Shown piece by piece: positions 38,705 through 51,146 of a stretch of 64,000 bases of DNA. Source of the DNA: Nemertoderma westbladi (Eukaryota > Animalia > Xenacoelomorpha); contig JAUCBJ010008837.1 of the NCBI GenBank assembly GCA_032718475.1, positions 1-64,000 on the forward strand. Reading direction: 5' to 3'. Numbering within the stretch: the stretch's first letter is position 1; each line of letters opens with the position of its first letter. The notes beneath the pieces were generated by a model that searched no databases, was not told the origin of the DNA, and was given only the letters and a program-made list of their open reading frames with translations. The translations under genes and the position numbers were made by a program.

Positions 38705-39964
38705 ATGTCAATTATTAAGGAATTAGATTTATTTTCTACACAGCCAATACAGACTGAATTTAAAGCAAAACATTATGAAACAATTTACCCCGTATCTAAT
38801 CTCAGAAGTGAATCTAGGGAGGTCACCTTCCTTGTACCCAGATCCAATGAATTCTATACGAAACTGCAAGACACGTTATTAATTACAAAATGTACAGTAC
38901 GTTGGGATAGACGACTTGAAAACTCCCATATTTATATGCTGAATTACCCAGCTGAAACTATGTGGAGTGATATTAAAATAGACCTTAATGAGAAGCAGGT
39001 TGAAAATAGCAATAACCATTATTTCTACAAGTCGTACTTATCCAATTTATTATTTACAACTTACGAGGATAAAAATTGGCTACTGGGTGCTGGTGGCTTT
39101 CATCAACCTTTATCTGAACACGGAAATGAAATTGATCCCGGCGCGCATCCTATTGCCGATGCCTTTAGTAAACAAATGCAATTTGTAAGTGGATTGACGA
39201 TTGATTTTGATACTGAAACTAAAATAATACAACCTGGGTATGATTTAAGAATGCATTTTAGAAAAGTATCAAATTCGTTTATTTTTAAAATCACTCCAAA
39301 CGCAAACGCCGTGACAAATCTTCGACTAGAATTAGATGAAATAAAAATTCTAATCCCTAGAATGGAGGTTAATCCAGTAATAGAAAGCAGTCACCTAAAA
39401 GGTTTAGAGAGCTACGATATTGAATATCAATTTCAAAAAAAGGAGGTGACAACATTTACTATTCCCGCTCAAACCACAAATTACACTCAAACAAACATAT
39501 TTGATGGTAAAAAACCCAAATTAGTTATTATTGGCTTCATAACAAATAACGCTTATTCGGGAGAATTAATTAGCAATCCCTTGAAATTTGAACATTTTAA
39601 CCTTAGACACGCGGAACTGATTGTAGACGGTCTTCCAGTAGGGGGTGTAATATACGAACCTAATTTTACAGATGGAACATATATTTTTGAGTATACTCAA
39701 TTAATGAAGAACATTAATACATATATTAACGGTTATGGGGGTAATAATATAGACCATGAAACCTACTTAGGTAATTGTCCCCTCCTATCCTGGGACCTAA
39801 TCGCCGACGGCTATGTTAGAGATCCGCAACCGTCGATATATACTAACGGTCAATTAAAATTAAGATTTGCCAAACCATTGGTTGAAACCATAAATGTAAT
39901 CGTTTTTAATATTTATGATCAATCATTAAGTTTAAATAGCAGGAAAGAAATACATATCGATTAA
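38705..39964 (+). CDS. Major capsid protein (double jelly-roll)
   Basis: ELDLFS, YKSYL, NIFDGKKPKLVIIGF, AYSG...NPLKFEHF, LKLRFAKPL; 419 aa; canonical position. Confidence 0.9.
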   Translation: MSIIKELDLFSTQPIQTEFKAKHYETIYPVSNLRSESREVTFLVPRSNEFYTKLQDTLLITKCTVRWDRRLENSHIYMLNYPAETMWSDIKIDLNEKQVENSNNHYFYKSYLSNLLFTTYEDKNWLLGAGGFHQPLSEHGNEIDPGAHPIADAFSKQMQFVSGLTIDFDTETKIIQPGYDLRMHFRKVSNSFIFKITPNANAVTNLRLELDEIKILIPRMEVNPVIESSHLKGLESYDIEYQFQKKEVTTFTIPAQTTNYTQTNIFDGKKPKLVIIGFITNNAYSGELISNPLKFEHFNLRHAELIVDGLPVGGVIYEPNFTDGTYIFEYTQLMKNINTYINGYGGNNIDHETYLGNCPLLSWDLIADGYVRDPQPSIYTNGQLKLRFAKPLVETINVIVFNIYDQSLSLNSRKEIHID

Positions 39965-39966
39965 GT

Positions 39967-40419
39967 ATGTTATCTACAGAGGACCTTGATATGTTTCCAG
40001 TGGGTGGTCACTATTTGGGCGCGTTTCCAGCTAATAAATTACCTAAATTAGATAATAATAAGCAGCAGGATTATGGCTTGATAGTAAATACCGATAAACA
40101 GCATCTGCCTGGGATTCATTGGATCGCGATATATATACGAGATAATGAGGCCGAAGTATTTGACTCGTTTGGACCAAAATATCCAAACAGATGCATCGAA
40201 AAATGGCTTGAGAAAAATTCCGCAAGGTGGCGTACTACACGCAAACAATTTCAAGACCCCAGGAGGACCACATGCGGTCTATACTGTCTCTATTACTTAG
40301 TAAATCGAATTGACACAAACTATCCAATGAGAGCATTTACAAATAATGTGGAAATCAATGAAATAATATTATATAAATGGCTTGTTAATTATTATAAATT
40401 AAACCAACAAACTTTGTAA
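39967..40419 (+). CDS. Adenain-like cysteine protease
   Basis: IVNTD...PGIHWIA...FDSFG...QFQ...TCGLYCLY (H-D-Q-C). Confidence 0.93.
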   Translation: MLSTEDLDMFPVGGHYLGAFPANKLPKLDNNKQQDYGLIVNTDKQHLPGIHWIAIYIRDNEAEVFDSFGPKYPNRCIEKWLEKNSARWRTTRKQFQDPRRTTCGLYCLYYLVNRIDTNYPMRAFTNNVEINEIILYKWLVNYYKLNQQTL

Positions 40420-40450
40420 TTAATTATTTAACTTTTGTTTATCAGATAAA

Positions 40451-41050
40451 ATGGATAATATTATTTTTGTTGATTTTCAATACTATAAGATAGACAATAA
40501 AGAGTATCCGGTAGTATTTAAAGAATTTGCAATATATGATTCTAATTACACCAAAACTAATGTAAAGACGTTTTTAATTAAAGGCCCGTCTAATATTAAG
40601 TTATCAGCTTTAGATGCAGCTCACGTAAACAATTTACGTGATATGACTTCTCACTTGCCCTGGAACTACGGGGACATTTCTCAAGACAACTTTAAAAAAT
40701 ATATGAAGAGACATTTAAAATATAAAAAAAATATTCATGTATTTGGGTTGATGAAGCGGGCAATATTAGTTTCCCAACTCGATGTTCTCGAGCCAAATTT
40801 GGTTGAGAAATTGGGAATATATAAGCAATATCACGATTATTTAACCCCATGCCGGTTCCACGACCGATTTACTACAGTGGAAAGTAAACGCTCGTTTCAC
40901 TTAAACATAAGGGATAACTGTCTGCGATACTGCTCAGCAAAACGTGTTGGCGGGTATGAGGCTCTACACTTTTTCATGAGAAAGCGTTTAACTGCGGCTG
41001 ATGATGATGATAAACAGAAAGAAATAACTGCGGTGGAAGATGTACTGTAG
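40451..41050 (+). CDS. Putative DEDD-fold exonuclease-like protein
   Basis: IIFVDFQ...VFKEFAI...HLPWNYG and a C-terminal C..H...C pattern; catalytic residues look divergent. Confidence 0.55.
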   Translation: MDNIIFVDFQYYKIDNKEYPVVFKEFAIYDSNYTKTNVKTFLIKGPSNIKLSALDAAHVNNLRDMTSHLPWNYGDISQDNFKKYMKRHLKYKKNIHVFGLMKRAILVSQLDVLEPNLVEKLGIYKQYHDYLTPCRFHDRFTTVESKRSFHLNIRDNCLRYCSAKRVGGYEALHFFMRKRLTAADDDDKQKEITAVEDVL

Positions 41051-41148
41051 GTTTACTCTAAGCATGTAATGTGATGGGATAATATAATTGTTTTAATGTC
41101 AATAAAAATAATAAAAACATTAAAATCTATTTTTTTATATCTCAGTTT

Positions 41149-41165
41149 ACACACACACACACACA

Positions 41166-41256
<91 letters not shown>

Positions 41257-41266
41257 ACACACACAC
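41149..41266. repeat. (CA)n microsatellite
   Basis: About 58 CA units with two interruptions, just after an AATAAA-rich 3' region. Confidence 0.97.
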
Positions 41267-42139
41267 CCTGCACCTACCGGTAGCCGGCGGTTGTATCAGA
41301 GTTTAACTGTAGAACGACAGAATGGCCCCCGACAGCAACCACAGAGCTTTAGCGTTACCGGTACCGTACTTACTAATAATAAAATTAAATTAAGTTGAGA
41401 TGCGGGGTTTGTGAATACAGCATTAGAGGAGGCCTAGCTAACAATAGGGCTACTGGTACTGGCACGGTAGCACTCTTGTACCTGTATACTTGGATAGCGT
41501 AAGAGCATGCTGGTTTCTTTGATTTAAGGATTAGGCTATTACACTTGAATGCTTCCAATTTTCTGTTTACAACTTTAATTGGTCTAATCTACATTACTGC
41601 GTGCTACTGTTGCATAGGTAAGCCTATACAGCTATAGTTAACTTTATGCGGGGCCCTTTTTCGCATGTTGACCCAATATGGTTTACGGATAGGTAAGGTA
41701 CACCTTCATTCGGTTAGGTATATAGGCCTAATGACTACTCCTCAACTGAAAGCTGACTACCTCACAGACACAATAGGTGTAGTTAGGTACCGGTAGCGCT
41801 ATTGGACCTATAAAATCCCTCGCACTCTCTGTTACTAACTTTCAACATTCACTTTATGTTGTATGCTATACCGTTAACTTTTAGTCAGGAACCCCATCAT
41901 TCAACCAGTCATATAATGGCTCCACGCGGATACAATAGGTGTGGCCCGCAGTATACCTAACTAAGCCTATATAAAATCCACCCCATTCTCTGTTACTAAC
42001 ATTCACTCTATGTTGACGGGGGACTATATAAAACATAGTTAATTTATTTATGTTTAATAAATTTATAACAATAACTGATAGGCCTAACAATAACAATAAC
42101 AACAACCCTAAATTTATTACTGTATTAGGTCTATACTTT

Positions 42140-42526
42140 TTATAGTCCTATATGTGAGTCCTCCTGTAGAGTTTCCTCCATTACCGGTCTTTGCGTTGGT
42201 ATATTGAAGTGAAGTGTGTCATCTCTATCATTCTCCCAATTTTCGTTAGAAGCTGAGCTTCCCGATATTCGCGATGGTTGTATCTTTATAACTAGCGAGA
42301 AATCTTTTGAAATTTCAACTGTTGTTGGGGATAAAGGTAGACCATCTACCTGTACTTGACCAACTTCATATTCTATCGAAGTGAATCCAATCTCGAATTT
42401 TTTGTTAATATATCGTAACTCCATCTCAGCAATATTTGATGCAGTGAGATACGTTTCATCGCATGATTGTAATTCGATTTTTATACTACTTTTCAACTCA
42501 CGGTTATTGAAAAAGGCGAATGTCAT
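42140..42526 (-). CDS. Polinton hypothetical protein (128 aa)
   Basis: ATG-started ORF with protein-like composition; no recognised motif. Confidence 0.5.
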   Translation of the reverse strand: MTFAFFNNRELKSSIKIELQSCDETYLTASNIAEMELRYINKKFEIGFTSIEYEVGQVQVDGLPLSPTTVEISKDFSLVIKIQPSRISGSSASNENWENDRDDTLHFNIPTQRPVMEETLQEDSHIGL

Positions 42527-43278
42527 CTTCGAGTTGACAGTTGAGGTAAGTTGTCGTTGTCGTCGTCGTCGTCGTAACTAGGTACCGGTACTAGAAAGAG
42601 TATCTTTAAATTGAATAGGTACCGTAAGCCTACTGATATTTTTTTTTCTTTTGTTTAACAAAATTATAGTTCACACTGTCAGAAAAATTGAGTTTATATA
42701 TATTTTTGTAGAGGGTCGCAGATGTGTACATTACAAAATTCTCATAGTTAACAAAATGCATAACATAAACCTTTCCCATGCGGATTAGCGATATATGCTC
42801 TGATCGTTGTTCTATACTGAATGTAGGGAGATGCATAGCGGATGTTTTAATGATATGTACCGGTATACAGACTAGTAACAGATAGGATGGCATCGTCTTT
42901 GACTATGAATATCAGCACATACCCCTAATCTTTTCTCACTGAGCTTAGCGTTGCCTGCTGTATACTCGCACACTCATAAGTAACAGATGCGCTATTGTGG
43001 CTCACTCGTGAGCAACAATGCCAAGTTAGCTAGCCGCGGCTGCTGAGTATACTATGCCTACTTGAGTGTTACAAGAAACAATCTCGCTACTGAAGTTAAT
43101 TTCCCTCCTCAAACTAGTTGTTGATTTTAAAAAAATATTCATAAATTTCTTCTCCCTTCAATTTAATATATATATTTTACAGTAAAAATCTCCACCACCA
43201 AACAGCAACAACAATAAATTTCATTCGTACTAATTATATTTTACATCAAAAACTCCCACACCAAACAATAATAAATTA

Positions 43279-43790
43279 TTAACCAGCTTGGATAATAGGA
43301 TAATATATATGAAATTTAAACGGGGAACACATTAATGTACATTTACCAGTGTAGAAACAGCAAACAACAACAATATTATTTATTCTGACTTTACAGTTAT
43401 TGAATATTTCAGGGTCGTATGAAATTTCTAGTTTAACATTATCAAATATAACATAAAACCCGATATTGTTTATAAGTAACCTATAAATTACAGTATCGAT
43501 ACTAAAAATATAAGTACACAAATTGATTGATTTAAAAATCAAATTAATGTTTGTTTTTTCTAATATATGTTTTTTCACTTTATTAAAATTATATTTTCTA
43601 CCGAGAATTGTTATTCATCCATTTGTAAACATTAATATAGTTGCACCAAATACCTTATATATAAACTGATTAGGTTTGAGTACAATTTTACCATTCAATT
43701 GATTTTTTAATTCTTTCAAATTAAGTCCATAAATAATCTGCTTACAACTTATATTTTTATTTACTATTTGATAATTCATCATCAACACCA
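43279..43790 (-). pseudogene. TBP-like gene with one in-frame TGA at 43615
   Basis: ORFs 43615-43809 and 43279-43578 are in frame: KPNQFIYKVFGATILMFTNG*ITILG...ISYDPEIFNN...CFYTGKCTLM. Confidence 0.68.
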
Positions 43791-46700
43791 TCGTCTTTTG
43801 GTTCTTCATAAATTGGTATATTTGATATTTTTATAGGTTTTTTGAGGTTTGTTTTATAGTGCCCCCAAGGAAGCGATTGATTTTTATTAAGCCAATAAAG
43901 TTTATCATCAAAGCTGCTGAGCGCAAATTTATTTTGCTTTAAGGTATAAATACGATGTAATTTAGATTGAAATCTGTGTATGTTTTTTTTTATTTCTTCA
44001 TTTGAGTTATATGCTTTTAAATATTCTTCATGTGTAATATTCGTTTCCACAACAGCTCTTGTAATACCTTTTGCTCTACGAATATTTTTATTATTCCATT
44101 CCAAAATTGAATATAATTTTGGTCTTAAAAATACTGCTTGTTTAATTTCACGTGAGGCTAGTTCGTCTTTACAGTAATAGAGCCTAGATTTATTTTTATC
44201 ACTGTAGAGCGGGTGATCCTTAGGGTAATTGGATGTATCTAAAATATTATTTTTAATTAATGCTTTAAAAAAATTATTCTGCGATGTATTATAGTAACAG
44301 CCTATCAAAGAGTCAGTGTCTGACGCAGCAATTTCAATACGACAGTTTAATTCTTTCTCAATAGGTAGCAATTTATTGTAATACAGATCATACATATCCA
44401 ATTTAGCCAAGTCCAACACAGCGCTACCAATAAATATAGGCTTATCGAGAGTTACAGAGTCTTTCACTAATAAATGTCCCGATAGTGTATTATTGTATAT
44501 TATAAATTGTTCATGATTAATACGATTTACCAATTGATCGCATTTATCATTGCTATTTGCGATACGAAAGTTACACCGATCTCTTATTTTTTCTATTGAT
44601 TTGCCAAACAGTGAATTATTGAGCAATTTCGCGACAGCTGTTTCAATGTAACTTTTTGCTAGGCGCCTTTGATTAATATTAAAATCGATGTAATTTTTAA
44701 ATACAAATTCTTGTTGAAAAGAATATAATTTATGTAGTTTAGTAACAATTAATCCATGTTTTATATAAAATTTTAACAGTTTCAAATGTAAATGATAAAA
44801 CTCTTTATCAAATTGTGTCAGCATGAGTTTTGGTATAGACATTCTATATTTACGGGAGGTACCTCTTTGTATTGACAAGTTATTAAATTGTTCCCGCATA
44901 TAAGGCGAAAGCATTGATTCATTTATACTTAAATGCTCAGGGGCTAACAGTAATTGTAATGTTTGATCGTGAATAGCCTTGGGATAATTTAAATCACATA
45001 TTAAAAAATATCCAGTAGATCCCTCAATATCTAAATCTACCAAGTACTCGATTAGTTTTTCTGGTATTGCATTCTCTAAATGTTTAATACTTACTTCTTT
45101 GAATTGTGAGGTGGGTAGTTTTTTACTTAAATTCCCAGAATATAAGGAGTTGAAATCAATATTAAAAATATGGCATTCTTCCTTAGTAGAATCATATGTA
45201 CTTGTACCTGGTATATTTGATTCTATATAATGCTTTCGACAAAATGAAACACCACCCCTAATTGATTTTTCAAAATCTCTATATGTCTGATAATCCTTTA
45301 TTAATTCTATTTTACATTTATTATATTTTAGCGCGCAATCATATGTAAATGACGCGATACTACAGTAAAAAACCACTTCTAAATCGTAATTTTGTTTACA
45401 AACATTCCTAAAATTCTCAAATATATCGGCAAGCAAACAAACATCGAGTTTTAAATAGGCTAAAAGATAATCTTTGAGATTCACGCAGTCGAATTCAACC
45501 CATGATATTCCCGCAAACCTATAATCTTCAATTGTGCATGTTTTTTGACTTAAGTTACTAAAAAAATTATTTATAGACGGCAAACCAGTATCATTAAATT
45601 TATTAATATCTGTCAAGTACTCGTATGGAAATACTCCTTTCCGTTTAATTGTTGAGTTATTCAAGTTTGGATAAAAATATTTCATTTCTTGTAGAGTAAT
45701 AGGTAAAATTGAGCTTATATCATGACTGGCTACATCCTTTGTTGAACACTCAACTAAATTACTTAAAGAAAAGCTTAAAAATTGATATGTGTCTAAGAAA
45801 CGTAACTCAATTTTTTAGAAGTGTTTTTAATTGGGATAAACGCACTCAGTGAAATATATCGTTCTGTATTTCTCGGTATAACCTTTATATCCCAATCTGT
45901 GTATTTCTTATCTCTAAATCCGCTTTGTAATATACAATGTATATCATAGTTGTTGGAATTGTGGCCGCAAAGTACATACAGGTATCGTTTCAACGATAAA
46001 CTTCGGTTACAACTATTACAGGCTGCCGCAATATATTTACCTGTAATATGTGAATGATGTCTGTTTTTCCCTACTTTATTATTTAAAGTAACATTACAAT
46101 AAAAACAAAATTTTGCTTGTTCAAAATTTACAAAATCAATATTAGTAAATGACATAGTTTTATGAGTGTATATGTCTGACCAACAACATAATTCAGTTAT
46201 ATCAGTATATAATGAATCTAAGAAATCTTGAATACAATTATTATTATTATTTGTCTTTACAAATGTTTTCAAATGACATTTTGGAGGGTCAATTAATTCA
46301 GTATTGGGAACAATTAAATAACTCACAGCACACGGTATATGCTCCTGTATAATTTGATTATTAACTGACGGTTGTAAGATACATTCTATATCAAAGTAGG
46401 TGACAAACAATGGGGATAAGGTTCTATCTAAATTTGTAAAACTAATGTGTGTTCTTTTTTTAGGTAGTGTCTCCCGCTGACTTCTTCCTTGGTAGCAAGC
46501 GAGACGGTGTTGATGAAGAACTTCTGCTCGAAAAAAATGAGCCAAACACCTTTCGCAATATTTCCTATTTTGGATATGAAGAGCTGTCGTATTCAGCAAT
46601 CGATTCAAGTTAGTTATGGAAACATAATGATTCTGTTTAGGTACATTGTTATTTTTTACTACAAGTAATATATTTAATAACTGTTTATCGGGTGTAATTT

Positions 46701-47814
46701 TACTAAACGGAGGTTGTCTTAATATAGATACCGGGGTGCGTTTTTTGTCGTTATTCCAACATAATAAATTAATTATATATTTTGAATTTTGTTTTTCAAA
46801 AAGTTTAATAGCTAGCTTCCACTCTGTTGGATAATCTTTGTTCCCATTGTCAAAAATGAAATGACTCATATAATTTTTGTACGATGAAGTACGGTTTTTG
46901 TTTATCTTCACTTTGCTACTAAATTTTGCGGATATAATTGCCCATTTAAAACAGTTATTATCAGCCGATTGTACATTTATAACACATTTTTTAACTGATA
47001 AAGCCTTAGGTAATTCCATATACCCATGCCCCTTATATAGTAACGAGCTACACTTAGATTCAGCTAATTTAATTTCAACCCTTAATAAAGATTTAATACG
47101 CCACCCCGAACCACGTGTGTTAAAGATGGCTATTTTTTGTAATATATTTTCCCGCACATACTCAAACCATGTCTCAAAACTTTGCGGTGAATCTACAGTA
47201 TTAATAGCACCACCGGAAGAATTAAAATAAAAGGTTTCCAATTGCTCACCTTGTGAAAAATGTGATCTGTACATTAATACATTTAGACCTAACCACAGTC
47301 TAAGAACATTCATTTCTTTCAATCTGTCTAATATTAACTGAAGAATATTACCTCGAATTTGTGTTACTGCTGTTTCTACATCGGGATAATCTCTAGAAGT
47401 TGGGAGGTCGTGGACATAAATTTCAAGACGATTATCGTGAGCTTCTTGTTCCCTCGTAAAAATTGTTGCGCATGTGCCAAGAGCCACCCTTAAGTTTTTT
47501 CTGGATATTATGTTTTTATGTTGCGAAAATTTACGCTTTCTTGTGTAGTAACATTTCAAGTGACAGTCGTGTCGTAGATAATCGTCATATGTATACTCTT
47601 TATTACAGGTAGAACAAGTCAATTGATAGGTGCGGAACTGCATTTCTTTACAACCAGTAGTCGTTTCATGTCGTTTACAAATTTCGCTGCATGAAGTCAC
47701 GACATGACACTTTAAACAAGAATAACCTTCAAAATGTGACCGTAGGTGGCGTAAATAATTATGTCTAGTTACATTCATATGACAGAATGAACAACATATT
47801 GTTATTTTATCCAT
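43757..47814 (-). CDS. Protein-primed family B DNA polymerase (pPolB); one frameshift in an A run at ~45811-45816
   Basis: N-terminal C2H2, GSGW, YFDIE, HSHITGKYIAAACNSCN, HNSNNYD, KGVFPY, DFNSLY, KLLNNSLFGK, SDTDS, PKLY, AKGI. Adding one A restores KKIELRFLDTYQF. Confidence 0.93.
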
Positions 47815-47998
47815 GTTGAAGTTTATTTAGATAAATAATAATAATAATAAAATATCTCCAAAAAATTAAAATAAAATGAAATGAAATGAAATTGACTACA
47901 TCTAAACATTTATATGCTAGCGAGGGAAATAATTTTAAACCAATCACCAATCGCTTATGACTATTGGAAACCGCAAAGAGTTTAACTTATGATTAGGT

Positions 47999-49066
47999 TT
48001 ACATGTTAGAATAATAATCTGGTTTCCATGGAGAATTAGTAACAGGCTCTACTAGAACTGGGTTACTGACGACTTTCTGTTTCTTTGCAGGTGATGCGTT
48101 GGTAAATTTACTCGATGATCTTGGCTTCCGAGGTAATATTTCAGGAAAGACCTGTTGCGGTTGAGAGCAGCTCTCTTCAACATCCTGATTAGGTGATGGG
48201 ATCTCTACGAAAGCTTTAGGTTTATCCAAAAGGACAAAGCCGTCAACGTGGGCTTCAGTAAGAGAAACGCCATCCAGCGATTCTTTGAGAAAACTAATAT
48301 GGGCTTTATCATTCAAGTAATGCAACTCGATAGAATTTCCGCCGGCGCCTACTTCAGTAGAATTATCGGTGTTGGTGATAATAATTTTTTTATTATTGGT
48401 TTTAATCATTTTGAGACGGTCTGATAATTGAATGATATTTTTATCAAAAAGATGCTTGTCTGTTTCAGCGACTTGGTTGTCCCACTCTCGCAACAAAACA
48501 GTTAGTTCCAGTTTTGACAAATTGAAACCCGTATAATAGTTAAAACCAACACTATCAGTGTATCTGAGGCTGATTTTCCATAAGCCAACATAGTTGGTTC
48601 CTTTAAAAGCTGTTACAAATCCAATAAAGTCTGGATTTGATAATTCAATGTAGAATTGATCGCTAATAATCTCTAGCGGTGGAGAGAGAAATTGTAATAA
48701 TTTCCCTCTGTATTGAATTAGAACTTCAGTAAAAGCTTTGTTGAGAACTTTACATTTGCCTTGTTTCTGAACATAAACATCACCCGATGTGGGGTTGATG
48801 GAAATATTCAAATTTCCCCGCGCAAAACGAGGAGTAGGATATATCCTACCTGGTATAATTGCTGGTCTGGATTGATGTTGGTTGTTGTTGTTGGTTGTTT
48901 CTAGAATGTCTAACAAATAGCGGGTATCTTGATGGGAAAAACAAATGGATTCGTTGTCCTCCTGAGATTCCACAATAAAATACTTGCTGTGAACGACGGT
49001 ACAAGTATATTTATTGTAAGTAAATTTCCAGCTATTTGTTGCTCCGGTTTTTTGCGTTAAGGCCAT
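47999..49066 (-). CDS. PC4-like putative ssDNA-binding protein (355 aa)
   Basis: FVTAFKGTNYVGLWK...TGFNLSKLEL resembles the PC4 fold motif; NLS-like PAKKQK; related to ORF 59147-60838. Confidence 0.55.
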   Translation of the reverse strand: MALTQKTGATNSWKFTYNKYTCTVVHSKYFIVESQEDNESICFSHQDTRYLLDILETTNNNNQHQSRPAIIPGRIYPTPRFARGNLNISINPTSGDVYVQKQGKCKVLNKAFTEVLIQYRGKLLQFLSPPLEIISDQFYIELSNPDFIGFVTAFKGTNYVGLWKISLRYTDSVGFNYYTGFNLSKLELTVLLREWDNQVAETDKHLFDKNIIQLSDRLKMIKTNNKKIIITNTDNSTEVGAGGNSIELHYLNDKAHISFLKESLDGVSLTEAHVDGFVLLDKPKAFVEIPSPNQDVEESCSQPQQVFPEILPRKPRSSSKFTNASPAKKQKVVSNPVLVEPVTNSPWKPDYYSNM

Positions 49067-49121
49067 AATAATAATAAATACGAAAAATATTACAAGTGAT
49101 AAATTTTAAACCGTATCGCTG

Positions 49122-49420
49122 TAATAAATTGACACCATAGTTCTCACTCTAAAATTGTGTTTGGTCGGAAAACGACGCCAGAGAAAAATGATGCTGAGTT
49201 CGACATTAGGTATCGACACAAAAACAAAGATTGGGCGAGACACGTAGCTCAGATTTTCGTTTTTGAGTCGATACCCAATGCTGGAATCAGTATCATTTTA
49301 TGCGGTGTCGTTTTCCGACCAACGAATATACAACGCGTAAGATAATGTATGAATTATTAAGGAAAAAAAACACAATGTCAGAGTGAGAACAAAAAAATTA
49401 GATATGGTATCAATATATTA
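49122..49420. repeat. Long imperfect palindrome (~300 bp)
   Basis: Nested arm pairs: GTTCTCACTCT/AGAGTGAGAAC, TTGGTCGGAAAACGAC/GTCGTTTTCCGACCAA, GGTATCGAC-CAAAAAC/GTTTTTG-GTCGATACC. Confidence 0.88.
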
Positions 49421-49752
49421 CCATGAAGAAGATTACAAGTGATGAATTTTATTAAAAACATTCACTTATATATATAAAAATTTGCGATGTGGCATAGTCA
49501 ACGAAGAAGAGATGGTACGTGTCATAATCATCAACGAATAAGAAAAGAGATGGGGAGCAACGTGGATGAATAGCTGGTTGGTTGATTGCGTGGATAGGAA
49601 ATACGTGAAAGAATATGAATCATAGGGTTGTGTGTGTGCGTGTGTGTGTAATAATCAATAATTATTATAATAAAAAACGCACAGTATAATGTTAGTGGTG
49701 GAAGCCTTTCAATATGGCACAGATGCTGCGGGATCGGTTAGCTTGAGTAACT

Positions 49753-50267
49753 ACTATGGAAATATTCGTATACGTGTAGCTAGAACGTGGCGAAATTTCA
49801 ACACGTATCATAATAGCGTTGGGGTAGGCAGGCCGCTTGGTTGGTTGGATTGATTGGTTTGGCGACAGCCGTCGAAGAGTAGCCGTGCGTGGCTAGCGAC
49901 GGTGGTGGTGGTGGTGGTGAGTTGGCAATCGATTCGATATAATAGCGTAGTGGGGGCTAGCCATGCGATGAGAAGTTAGGTTACGCGAAGATGAATATGC
50001 GATGGTTGGTTGATGCAACGACGCGAATCAATACTCACGGGTGGTAACAGTTGTCGAGTAAGGTAGGCATCGCGAGGTTAGGCTACGCGTAGGTGATAAG
50101 CAACAATTGGTTGAAGGCAACGACGCGAATCAATATTGATGGTGACAGATGGTCATTAAACACCGCGATTTAGCACCGGAATTTGGCATTTTTTAATTGC
50201 CTCCGAGATGCGAGCCGTAGCCCAAGCTAGGGAGGAGATATGGAGGAACTATGCTTCTCCTACTACT
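49753..50267 (-). repeat. Polinton right TIR
   Basis: Reverse complement of 31548-32062. Confidence 0.93.
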
Positions 50268-51146
50268 CCTATTAACCACTTTACAACACAAATACACTGC
50301 CTACACACTAATTACCTTCGGAAAGCACTGTACACTAAACCCTAAATTAGGTACAAGTACTTATACAACAAATAACCAGCAGTTAAAAATACTTGTACAG
50401 CTAAAAGAACCACGGTATCGGCCAGAGTGACCAGAGCATAAAATCACCAGTCTTTACCTACGCCAAACAGCCATGATGTAGTACCAGGGTTAATTTAACT
50501 ATAACGGTATGTATAACAAGCACAATTACTGTAGGAATAAACTTGGGGTATGTATGTTGCGAATAATCGCATAAACTCTGAATAATAAATATTACACTAC
50601 CCGTACAGACTACATAACCAAAATACAAACCAAATGCTGGCAGACTACTATCAAACCTAAATAAACTACAGTATATGCAGACTCCGAAATGGTTAGTTAG
50701 TATGCGTTCTAACCGAGTAGTACGACTTATTCTTTCGGGGGGATTCACCTTACAACACTGGATGCCCCCACGTTCCTAACTAGTACTTTATCGGACAAAC
50801 ACTCTACACACACTGCAATCTCTTCAGACCTGACAACAGCCAGACAACAATCCAGCTTACAAATTATCTGTATAATCTGAGCAGGCTTACACGCCTTATG
50901 TTCAATATTAACTTACAAATAAATAAAACTGACAGAAATAAGTAAAATCCCAATAAAAACCAGGCGTCCCCGATTAAATATTGAGACCTACCGGTATATA
51001 ATTATCAAAATCGAATAATACTGCTGTACCTGTACTGCTGTAAGTACCGGTTCGGGTGGTTAGGTAGTCAGGCCTACTGGTTACCGGTCGACCGGTACTT
51101 TTACCTTTATTGCCTACATTGCAATAAAGAAAGCTATAACTGTTAT

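Larger units (their letters stand above)
31548..50267. mobile_element. Polinton/Maverick (endogenous polintovirus), 18.7 kb, near complete
   Basis: Ends are AGTAGTAGGAG...CTCCTACTACT. TSD CCTATT lies at 31542-31547 and 50268-50273. TIRs are ~515 bp. It has the full ATPase/INT/mCP/MCP/protease/pPolB set. Confidence 0.97.

Noticed and set aside
41053-41398. (CV)n and (HT)n ORFs
   Set aside because: They are translations of the (CA)n microsatellite.
51100-51146. Primer-binding site of the BEL element
   Set aside because: No TGG-starting tRNA complement is recognisable next to the 5' LTR, so it was not called.
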